Shown here piece after piece: positions 1-10,379 of a DNA stretch of 64,000 nucleotides. Position numbers and translations under genes: made by a program. A model generated the notes under the pieces. The model saw only the letters and a list, made by a program, of their open reading frames with translations, did not search any database and was not told where the DNA came from. The number at the start of each line of letters is the position of its first letter. Position 1 is the first letter of the stretch. Source of the stretch: Carcharhinus longimanus (lineage: Eukaryota); assembly GCA_030264375.1 (NCBI GenBank), contig JASCQW010000122.1, positions 26,151,947 to 26,215,946 on the forward strand. Direction: 5' to 3'.

Positions 1-915
1 GTGGGTTTGCAGTATAGTCAAGTGCTGGGGCCATCCCCATACCTCCACTTCTTGCCTTCAGATGACTGCACAACCTCAAACAGACCATTGTCCACAGCAA
101 ACTACTCAGCCTTCAGGAGAACAGTGACCATGACACCACACAACCCTGCTACAGCAACCTCTGCAAGATGTGCCAAATCATCGACGCAGATGCCATCATC
201 TCACGTGAGAATAGCATCCACCAGGTACACAGTACATACTCTTGCAACTCAGCCAACATTGTCTTCCTGATACGCTGCAGGAAAGGATGTCCTGAGGCAT
301 GGTACATTGGAGAGACCATGCAGACGCTACGACAATGGATGAATGAATGCTGCTCGATAACACCAGGCAAGAGAGTGTTCCTTTCCTGTTGGGGAACACT
401 TCAGCGGTCACCGGCATTCGGCCTCTGATCTTCGGGTACGCATTCTCCAGGGTGGCCTTCACGACACACGACAGTGCAGAGTTGCTGAACAGAGACAGAT
501 AGCCAAGTTCAGCATGCATGAAGATGGCCTCAGCCGGGATCTTGGGTTCATGTCACGCTATCTGTAACCTCCATGACTTGCCTGGGCTTGTAAAATCTCA
601 CTAATTGTCCTGTCCGGAGACAATACACATCTCTTTAACCTGTGCCCAACTCTCTCTCCACTCACATTGCTGTACCTTTTAAGACTTGATTATCTGTAAA
701 GTCTCGCATTCCAACCATTATTCTGTAAATTAAGTTTGTGCCTTTATTTGCACTGTTTATGAACAGAACTCCCACTCACCTGATGAAGGAAATTTCTCGT
801 GTGTGCTCTGAAAGCTAGTGGTTTTTGTTACCAAATAAACATGTTGAACTTTAACCTGGTGTTGTGAGACTTCTTACTGTGTTTACCTCAGTCCAACACC
901 ATCATCTCCACATCA
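1..915 (+). mobile_element. Penelope-like element 3' end: decayed GIY-YIG endonuclease plus pseudo-LTR
   Basis: Translation from 168 gives CQII...YSCNSANIVFLIRCRKGCPEAWYIGETMQTLRQWMNE. After a frameshift it continues GEHF...DLRVRILQGGL...AEQRQIAKF...GLSRDLGF, typical of the Penelope GIY-YIG C-terminus. The 3' region 770-915 recurs as short elements at 20593 and 29611. Confidence 0.9.
771..821 (+). ncRNA. Minimal hammerhead ribozyme motif in Penelope pLTR (helix II degenerate)
   Basis: CCACT...CTGATGA(780-786)...GAAA(810-813)GCT AGTGG: both core motifs and stem I (ccact/agtgg) are present. Penelope-like pLTRs are known to carry minimal hammerheads. Confidence 0.65.
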
Positions 916-929
916 TCTTACATCCATCC

Positions 930-1595
930 AATGTGCTGTGACCGGGCAATGGAGGCAATTTGGTCTTGCTTGCTGTCTTGAGAATTGGCAAGAGTCCTGT
1001 GTCATCTCTTTTTGGGATGCCTGTTACATGCCAATCAGATAGCTAACTGAGCAGCAGGGAGGTCTCAATGGTGGAAGTCCAGTTTACCAGTCAGAAGCCT
1101 TCAGTTCTTCATTGGCAGTGCCAGGGACAGTTGGTGTCTGCTGCAAGTAGCAGCCCCTGTACACTAGAGTCTGAAGATTGAGGAGGGATCCAGGCACAAA
1201 TGAGTGATGGCAGGTGGGGACATGGGTGCTAGTGTCATGGTGGAAGGAGAGGAAGTAGACACGTGGCAAGGTAAAGGGGGTGGATCTCTTTGGGATCCTC
1301 CATCCCAGTGCCAGGTCTGTCTTTCAAGCACTTTGAGTGGCCCTTTCCACCCAGAGAGTGCTGTCAGCCCTGAGAGGATTTGCTTCCTAGCGCCTCCACA
1401 TGACGAATTGCCTCCTTGTTGCTGATTGAATACCTGCAGCTGTGGTATGAGGCTCTTAAGTAGACATTAATTGCCCACTTAAGGGTCTCAGTTGGCAGTG
1501 GGTTGGGAGGGCCATCCACGGGCTTTCCTGTCATGGACTTAATCGGGGTAGTGGTGATCCCTACCACTAAACTCACCAATGGGAGGATATTAAAT
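930..1595. mobile_element. Degenerate non-autonomous DNA transposon relic (Harbinger-like)
   Basis: Motif ttaagtagacattaattgcccacttaaggg has related copies near 36840 and 63505. Family assignment is by resemblance only. Confidence 0.35.
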
Positions 1596-1689
1596 ACCAT
1601 TAGGCAATGACAAGAGGAACAAAGAAGCAGAAATTTTAGACAGGAGTTTAATGGGGCATTTTATGATGTTCTAAATTGCTCAGTTAATA

Positions 1690-1905
1690 ATATACTTTTG
1701 AAGAATTGTAGTGCAGCAAGGTTCCACAAATGTAATGAGATAAACAACCAGCCAATTTGTTTCAGTGATGTTGGCTGAGGGATGCCAGACAAACCCCTTT
1801 TGATCTTCCCCATTTGAGGGTGTCATGGGACCTGCTACATCCACCTGAGAACAGGCAGCGTTCTCTCCATTTCGCACCCTATCTGAAAGAGATTCCATCT
1901 AACCG
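1690..1905 (-). mobile_element. Deu-domain SINE (SacSINE1/AmnSINE1-like) fragment
   Basis: Reverse complement resembles the Deu core (ctttcagatagg...tctcaggtggatgtagcaggtcccatgacac...cctcagccaacatcactgaaac...cttgctg). Similar to 43040-43400. Confidence 0.6.
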
Positions 1906-2822
1906 CGTCAAACATCTTCGCAGAGGCTGCTGAGAATATGGAAATCACTGCTGCAAATTTCTGCCAAAGCACAATCCATTTCCCTTAAGAAGGGGAATTA
2001 GAGGTTGCATATGAAAAGCATTTGGGAGAAAGTGGGTTGAAATGTGGCCCGTGTGGAGAAATAGTGATGCTGTTTGGGTGGATTGAATTATATGTCTCTG
2101 TGCTGAAATAATCCATGATTTTATCTCCCTCTTGTACACCTCTTGGAAAATAGATATACTTCCAAAATTAAAAAAATGATGTATGTTTATGGCTACAGCA
2201 CACACGAGAAATTTCTAGCATAGATGGGGCCTTGAGGCCCATTATATATGCTCTGCGTCAATGCTACAACAATCCAAAACAAACCACATGGTCTGCCTAT
2301 TCCAGGTTCAAAGGGCAGTATTATACTTTGAGTAATAGTAACAGAATATAATGAGCAGTCAGCCGACCCCAGATTTCCTACAAGCTGAACATTGTACTAA
2401 GTCACGTGTAGCTCCTTGGAGATCATTTAATATTAATATTTAATATGAGAGAATGGATAAGAGAAATAACCCTTCTGATGCTAAACCACGTCCGTATGCT
2501 TTGAAAAGTTACATATTAAATCATTTTATGTCAATACCAACCAATTTTTAACCTCAGTTTAATCTGGAAACACCTATGGGTCAAAGTCTTGTGTTCAATA
2601 ATTTATTAATGTAGCATTATCTTTGGATTGACAACTCTGGTTAGTGTCAGTTGATGGTTGGTTAGTCACTGCAATATCCAAATGTTTAGACATTTAATTA
2701 ATGTCTGTATCTGTGCTTGATATGACTGTCCACCATTGATAGCTTTCATTTTAAACATTTCCCCATGATTGCAATCAAGGTTCACAGGCACAAATCACAT
2801 TTACAAACTATTTTCCTCCCAG

Positions 2823-2891
2823 TTTGCCAACAGCGGAATTCAGGAATGAAACAGCACTTCCAGAAGATTGCCAAATGAGCTGGGACCCTTG
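2823..2891 (+). CDS. Candidate internal coding exon 0 (69 nt, phase 2-2): (S)LPTAEFRNETALPEDCQMSWDP
   Basis: Acceptor ctattttcctcccAG, donor TG|GTAACA. Length is a multiple of 3 and it is open in the same phase as the downstream exons. It lies in non-repeat sequence but is not paralogous to the array. Confidence 0.45.
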
Positions 2892-4389
2892 GTAACATTA
2901 CATTATCTGCTGTAGGCATAAATCCACACATCCCCCAGGGATATATAGTACAGAAGGAATATTTTTACTCAGAACACAGGATTTAATTTTAACCATGCGA
3001 TGGAAACCAACAAGCACTTTTTGTTTTGCGAGTTATCCACTCCTTGATGCAGGAATAATTGGATACCTTGGGTAAAATCTTCCATACTCCAGACTGTCGG
3101 AGACCAGACGGACAACATAGATGTATGTCAGGACACTGTAGACCTACGTGGGAATTGCCCGGGTAGTTCCAATTTCCAGTGGGTAATTCCCATGCTTCCC
3201 GGGACCCCCTGTGAATGTCTGTGACTCTGAATTAGAGTTAGAGACTTCGGACAATTTCAATGAATTTACCTGGATACTTCTCAGGGAATATTAGACAGAT
3301 TAAAACCGAGTCAAAGACCTGGGGAGCTACAGAACTGACACCCTAATCACTACCCGGCCAGAGTTGACTGCTCCCTGACTTGACTACCCTCCTCACTTAA
3401 CTCCCCACTCAGCCACCGGCCCCTACCTACTTACCCACCTCACCCATTTACCCCTACCCATTTACACGCTTAGCTATCTCACTGTCCTACCCACTTACTC
3501 ACCTAGTTTTGCAAAAAACTATCTTACCCTGATTATACTGTGATCTTAGGGACATTGTATTGCTCACTTCTGTCAAAGCCAGGCTGGGAAGACCTGACGA
3601 GATGCATGCAGCAGGAGAATTTACCTGGGCAGTGGTATTCGGATGATCATCGCTGCTTATCCGAGCATGAAAAGTCGTATTTTGGGTACAGTTACTTTGT
3701 GAACTGCAGATATGTAGTTAAGTTCAACAAGGAAAAGAGAAGATGACGAATGAATTAAAATTTGCAGCTGGAGGGGAAAAATGTGAACTCATTTGGCAAG
3801 AAAGAGTTAAGTGCTGTCAGCCGAAAGGAAGAAATGTTAATTGCACAGCGTAATCTAATGTAACAACTGTTCTAAAATACCTTACATTTTTATGGTTCCA
3901 GCTGTGTTGTCATATCTGCAGTGAGACTGGAACATGGTGGTAGGAATGTCTGAGACTCCTGACTAATAGCAAAATACTGTACACATGGAAATCACCGATA
4001 CAGCTTTACATTGTTACACATTGAAACTCAACTATTCGAACATAATTGAATACAACAACAGCAACCTATATTTCAACCATTATAATGCTTAAATCTACAT
4101 TGATTTCAAACTCTCATCTATACTTGTTCACATTTCTGCTGCACAATGTTGGCCATGGGATTTCAATAAAGGTCAAACACTTCTATTTTTGGAATCTTTC
4201 ACTTATTGAACCTGATTAGTTATTCCCCTGATGCACCACTTAGAGCCTTTGCTAATCATTAGCATGTTATCCGGTGGTTTATGGCCTAATCCATAATGGA
4301 GAACAGCCACAACTGTCATGTGAATATCTTTATTTTTTGAACGTGCCTTGTTTTCTGGTTCGATTTTAAAAAAAAAATTCAATTAAATA

Positions 4390-4545
4390 CCAGGTCAAAG
4401 CAGCCCACTTGATTGCTACCCCTCCCGCAAACATTCACTCCCTCCACCACTGAACAGTAGCAGCAGAGTGTACCATCTATAAGATGGGCTGTGTAACTCA
4501 CCGAGGCTCCTTAGGCTGCACCTTCCAAACCCACGGCCACCATTG
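4390..4545 (+). mobile_element. Non-LTR retrotransposon fragment (same family as 8975-9690)
   Basis: ccaggtcaaagcagcccacttgattg...aaacattcactccctccaccactg is the reverse complement of the 9300-9360 region. Confidence 0.7.
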
Positions 4546-4984
4546 CCCTGCCAATCAGATAAAGACCCGTTAATGCATACTCTCCTTGCTTTCTACCAGT
4601 CAATCTTCTATCCAGGCTTATATATTAGCCCCAACACCATGAGCTTTTAATTTTCACCTGTAATTATTGCCTTTCCTTTGTCACAAGACCCAATCTTTCT
4701 TTCTTGTATACTTTCTTGTATACTTAGGAGGCCTGGAGCCTATTCCCATGAGTGATTTCTTTCCCTATTGTTCCTAATCTCCAGCTAGGTTGATTCTACA
4801 TCTTGATCTCCTGAACCGAGGCCACCTCGAATTATTGCATCAATGTCATCTTTGATTAACAGTGCTGCCCCTCCACTTTTACCGAGCTTCCTAGTCTTCT
4901 CGCGTGTATGTATCCATCAATATGCAGAACCTGTGGTCCTGCAGCCATGTCTCTGTAATTGCTTTCAGATGATATTTAATAAAT

Positions 4985-5530
4985 GGGGAGGTGGTGATGC
5001 AGTGGTATTGCTGCTTGTTCAGTAATTCAGAGTAATGTTCTGGGGTCCCAGGTTCAAATACCACCACGGCAGCTGGTGGAATATAAATGCAAATAAAACA
5101 TCTGGAATCAAAAGTTGAATGATGACCATGAAAATTGTCTTAAAGAATCCATCTGGTTGACAAATATCCTTTGGGAAGGAAACCTGTTGTCCTCACCTGC
5201 CCTGAGCACATGGAAATCACTATAAATCCAGAAGTGCAGCAATGTGGTTGACTCGGAACTAGCTTCGCAAGCCACTCCATTGTATCCAAGCACTGTAAAG
5301 GAAACAGGAAGGAATGAAACCAGGCGAATCATCCAGCCTCAGCCTAGGCATTGGAAGTGACAATGACAAACCCAGCTTTGTTGACCATGCAAAGTCCTTC
5401 TTACATCTGGGAGATTGTATCAAAATTAGGACAGCTGTCTCACTGATTAGTCAAACAATAGTCTGACATAGTCGTACTCACTGAATCATATCCTACAGAT
5501 AACATCCTAGACACCATCATTATCATCCCA
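4985..5530 (+). mobile_element. 5' end of an APE-type LINE carrying a tRNA-like SINE head
   Basis: The head (A-box-like gatgcagtgg, B-box GGTTCAAATAC) matches the SINEs at 24533, 60596 and 17695(-). It continues into decayed VSKLGQLSH*LVKQ*SDIVVLTESY...DTIIIIP, the start of an apurinic endonuclease. Confidence 0.7.
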
Positions 5531-6226
5531 GTAGACAGGTGGAGTTCAGGAAACTGGCTGCTTTTGCCCGCATCCTGCTGCACCATTGGGATTATCACAG
5601 TAACTTTATTGCAGCATTAATGTAAGCCTACTTGTGACTAATAAAAAAAACTTTGGTCTTGCATCACTTTGAGGTTCTGCATCAACTACTATGCTGCATC
5701 ATCAAAGGTTTTTCTTACTTGTCAGGTTCCCACTGTGCAGTTGGCACCTTTCCCTGCTTGCATAATTGACTGCAGCCTGGCAAAATGGCAGTGTCAAGCG
5801 CATGGGTGGAGGAGCTGGCCCGAGCTACATCTGGAACAATCTGACCTTGGAAGTAAATCCAGGCCAATAGTCTCCACATCAGTTGCATCCGTCCTTTCTC
5901 GCTCCTCGATTTTTGCTGTTTAAATCTGAACAGCATTTTGGTTCCATCTCTACATGAAATGAATTCCATTGCAAAACACTCCAGTTCATTTTTCTTAGTT
6001 AGCTGCTTGTGTGCCTCAGATCCGTTTATCCTGGGTGTGGCCTACTGGGGTCGTGCTTATCAAGAGCTTTTTCCTGTGCACACATTTTTTTACACATCGA
6101 TATGACATAGCAGAGCGGCAATGCGAGCTTCCAGTTGCTGAGCGAACATCCCCCCCCAAGCTAATTTTCAGCCACTGAAAACTTAATTTTTAATTAAGTT
6201 ATTCCACTTGTGCTGACCACGAGAGC

Positions 6227-6246
6227 ATGAAGAAAGTCGGAATCGG
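6227..6246 (+). CDS. Possible alternative first coding exon (MKKVGI-G, phase 2)
   Basis: agcATG context, a consensus donor GG|GTAAGT in phase 2, and locally elevated CpG upstream. Very short, so it could be chance. Confidence 0.2.
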
Positions 6247-6434
6247 GTAAGTAAGGGTTCAACCATTTCAAAAGGCACAGAAAAGGTAGGCCTGGAAGAA
6301 AAGAAGTCAAATTAAAATTAAGAGCACAGAAGTGCATAATCAGAAAAGCAAGTAGAAAATAGTGTTAAATGTAGTTTTTACTTAAATATTGTATTTTAAT
6401 TTTATTTGACTCATCACGCTAACCAGAATTTGAA

Positions 6435-6635
6435 CTAAGTTTCAGAAGGACAGACATTCCCTCATCCTTGTCGAAGTTGGAATAGGTTTTTAATCAGTAA
6501 GGGGATCAAACGTTGTAGGGATAAGGCAGGAAGTGCAGTCGAGGATGATCACATCAGATCAGTCATGTTCTTATTGAAAGGTGGAGTAGACTCATTGGGC
6601 TGAATGGCCTATTTTTGCTCCTATGTTTTATGGTC
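6435..6635 (+). mobile_element. CR1/HER1 LINE 3' end
   Basis: Typical tail: taaggggatcaaa...gatcagtcatg...gggctgaatggcctatttttgctcctatg. Confidence 0.75.
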
Positions 6636-7328
6636 AGAGTAAGTGTCGATACCATCAAAGTACCTACCTTGGTGTATTGGGCAGGAACATGGGAGTGGGT
6701 CAATGAATTAGAATAGAACCAGGATTTTCTGTGTCAAGTCCTGTGTTTATTAATGCCCACGGGGGTCATGTTGGGGAAACCCCCAACTCTACCTCAAATA
6801 TTGTTCCTTCCCTGGATTCAATGGTCAAGACTAAAATCTTGAAGACAAGAGGTTCACTTGGGACTGGCCTGAGATCTGATGGACGGTTGTGTGAAAGCTG
6901 GTATATCAATCCCCCAGCCAGTGGAAGATGGGTTTAACTGAGAGTCCAGGCTTCTTGATTTTTGGTTCCCCCAAAAGACTCTTCCAGCAGATTCCAGAAC
7001 TATTGAAACTTTTCTGTGTTAAGAGCTCTTGACATTGCCAATGATACTGTTTTGGTCTATTTCTCCCATGTCTGCTGTTGTAATGACAGCCACATTGACA
7101 CAGGAATATTTCAGATAGGAAACCTCCCTTTTATTGTTGACACTTGTGACTACGCCAGCTCTGGAGGGCCCCAGCTGGTTGATCCCAGCACTTGCACCAG
7201 CATCATACTTCTGTTACATCAAAAACATATTTCAAACACCATCTTGCATAGATGGCATTTCATCCAGCAGCACATTTGTCTGTAATTTCCACTGAGAATT
7301 AAGGACACACATGGCAGATGTTGGACAT

Positions 7329-7697
7329 GGGCAGCACAGTGGTTAGCACTGCTGTCCCACAGCGCCAGGGNNNNNNNNNNNNNNNNNNNNNNNNNNNNNN
7401 NNNNNNNNNNNNNNNNNNNNNNNNNNNNNNNNNNNNNNNNNNNNNNNNNNNNNNNNNNNNNNNNNNNNNNCTGGATTCAGTTCCAGCTTTGGGTCACTGT
7501 CTGTGTGGAGTTTGCACATTCTTCCAGTGTCTGTGTGGGTTTCCTCCAGGTGCTCTGGTTTCCTCCCACAGTATGAAAGACATGCTGGTTAGGTGCATTG
7601 ATCCGAAGGGGTGCTGGAGTGTGGTGACTAAGGGAATTTCACACTAACTTAATTGCAGTATTAATGTAAGCCTTACTTGTGACTGATAAATAAACTT
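7329..7697 (+). mobile_element. HE1-type V-SINE, tail variant B (interrupted by N gap)
   Basis: tRNA head ggcagcacagtggttagcactgctg, V-domain tctgtgtggagtttgcac...ggtttcctcccacag, and tail ...aatgtaagccttacttgtgactgataaataaactt. Confidence 0.85.
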
Positions 7698-8645
7698 ATT
7701 TGTAGGGATGTTGTATTGGGTGCAGCATTCCATAACGTTTTCAGTAAGATGCCAACGATGACTGCAGTAACTTGCGCAGGTTTGCCTCCGGATGGTGCAT
7801 TGTATCACTTTTAATGCAAAATGTTTAACAAAATTGTAGTTGTGGCTCAGTAAAGTTATTGTTATCTCGGTGGATCTGACTAGTAGAATTTATTTTTCTT
7901 TCCTGTTTACAACTGCCCTGTTTCCCTGAACCCAAGAAAACCATCCCTTCATGTTTTAATACACCACAGTTCTTGACATTCAAACCAAATTCTGGTATTT
8001 TGATGCAAAGGCATTTTGAAAGCTAATCTGAACAAACTTTTTCCATTTGAGATTTGTGTTGTGGAATAGAATTATGCTTTGATGGTATTATTGCAACAAA
8101 AGTGGGTCAGGTTGGTTTAATGTAACAAAACGGATTTTAAAATACATTAATCTCTGTCGCTGGCATTTAAAGGATTTTCAGAATTGGGCCAACGATGGGT
8201 TGATCTGTACCTATAGCTGCCTAAGTTGAGCAAAGTCAGCATTTCCTCTGCAATTTTACTGTTACTGTCTGGATAATTCTTCCAGTTGGAAGTCAGGCGA
8301 GGAGTTGAGGTCATTCATTTTGAGCATTTGATAATTACACAAGTTGAACCTTAAAGCTGGAACCCTTCATTCTGAAAGTAACATTTTTGCTGCCAATTTT
8401 CCTTTCTGGTTCAATTGAAACGACAACTTTTGAGATTATTTTAACACAATAATCGACTTATTTCAAATTGTTGCTCTTACACCAAAGACCCAGCCTTTAG
8501 TTCGAGCCACCATTCAGTCCATCTATTGGGGTCTCCCCAGCTGAAATTCTTGGAGGATTCTAAAAGAAGTGATTTAAAGAAATCTTTATTGCAACTCATT
8601 CAACAATGCTCATTTTTTAAAAAAACCATTTCTCTGTTTTACCAG

Positions 8646-8762
8646 TACTTCTGTGCCTTGTGACATCAAAGATACGGGTGGTTCTAATCTGCTGGTGGAT
8701 TTTCCTTCCCTGCTGAAGGATGATGTACTTCTCCAGAATGATGGTGAAGAATTTGCTCTAAG
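8646..8762 (+). CDS. Cassette exon A (117 nt, phase 2-2): (S)TSVPCDIKDTGGSNLLVDFPSLLKDDVLLQNDGEEFAL
   Basis: Acceptor tctctgttttaccAG, donor AG|GTACTG, open frame. The 5' end (ag|tacttctgtgccttgtga) is homologous to exons B and D. Confidence 0.75.
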
Positions 8763-8974
8763 GTACTGAACATTATAAATCGGGATTCAGTCCTATTATT
8801 TCTGAAAAAAATCTTATTTGTCTCTATTTAGTGGTTTCGCCTAACCCGTGTGTGGGTGGCTGCTTGTTGTGAAACACATTGGTGTCACGAGATTAATTAC
8901 TTCCAATCAGTTAAATGGTAGATTGGTTTCCATTCACTTCCATCCGAAGAACTGATATAAAAAAAAATGTTCAA

Positions 8975-9690
8975 CGTATGCTGGCTAGGCATCTCTAATT
9001 GTCCTTCAGAAAGATGGTGGTGAACTGCCTTCTTGAACCGCTGAGTTTGTGTGGTGTAGGTACATCCATAGTGCTGTTAGGGAGGAAGTTCCAGGATTTT
9101 GACCCAGCAACAGTGAAGGCACTATAGATCCAAGTCAGGATGATAAGTAGATTGGAGGGAAACTTGGTCCTATGTATCACCTGCCCTGATGGTGGCAGTC
9201 ATATGTTTGGAAGATGCCATTGAAGGAGCTTTGGTGAGTTCCTGCAGTGCATCTTGTTTATGATGGACACACTTTCTTCTGACACACAAGAGTGTCAGTG
9301 ATGCAGGGAGTGAATGTTTGTGCATGGAGTGCCAACCAAGTGGGCTGCTTTGTCTTGGATGGTTTCAAACTTCTTAAGTGTTATTGGAGCTGCACCCACC
9401 AGGCAAGTGGAGAATATTCCATCAGACTCCTGACTTGTGCCTCACAGTTGGTGGACAGGCTTTGGGGAGTTAGGTGAGCTGTTTACTGCAGGATTCTGAG
9501 CTTCTGACCTGCTCTTGTAATCACAGTATTTCATGGCTAGTCCAGTCCAGCTTTTGGTCAATGTCCCAGGATGTTGATAGTGGGGGATTCAGCATTGGTA
9601 ATGCCATTGAATGTCATGTGGTGGTGGTTAGATTTGCTCTTGTTGGAAATGGTCATTGCCTGACACTTGTGTGGCACGAATATTACTTTT
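8975..9690 (-). mobile_element. 3' end of an APE-type LINE (RT C-terminus and tail), partner of the family-2 SINE
   Basis: Minus-strand translation includes AGSKSWNFLPNSTMDVPTPH. The terminal ctggctag..catc.ctaattg.cctt segment matches the SINE tail at about 17735-17770 and 62160-62200. Confidence 0.75.
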
Positions 9691-10379
9691 CACTGCAAAT
9701 CAGCTTTGAATCTTCTAGCCAAATAGAGACATGACATGCCAATATCTTCAGCTTCCAGCATCAATTTGAAGGAACACTGCCGAGAATTAGACGTGGAGTC
9801 CAGACCAAATTAAAAAGACTATGTCATCAGGGCGAGTAGAAGATTGGGAGAGGTTTAAAAATCAACAAAGATTGACGAAGAAGATGATAAAGAAAGGAAG
9901 GATAGANNNNNNNNNNNNNNNNNNNNNNNNNNNNNNNNNNNNNNNNNNNNNNNNNNNNNNNNNNNNNNNNNNNNNNNNNNNNNNNNNNNNNNNNNNNNNN
10001 NNNNNNCCACAATTAAATTATCTGCAAAAGGGCTGCAATAGGTGTGCACTTAGCATTTTACAATTTTGTTATTGTGAATGTGAAATGGTTCATGATCCAG
10101 ATGTCAGAATAATGACAGCAAAATTATTGGTGTTTGCAGCCATTACTCCTCTGAATCTAATATCACCTTCTGGAGTCTCACAAGTAGAGGTTGCTTTCAG
10201 TGATTCTACACTTCTCCAGATGGTGCACATTGGAAGCCCCCAGAAACTGTAATCAATTAGAAGCCATTGACTGATGAGATCTTCCACATTTATACTCCTA
10301 GCCTCACTGTCAAAACGTATGAAAAGTTACACCTTGTTAAATGAAGTCTATCTATCTAGATTTTTAAATGGCACACTAA

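Noticed and set aside
10201-10248. 48-nt phase 2-2 open segment (ttgctttcAG ... CT|GTAATC)
   Set aside because: Weak donor, no similarity to the array, and short enough to be chance.
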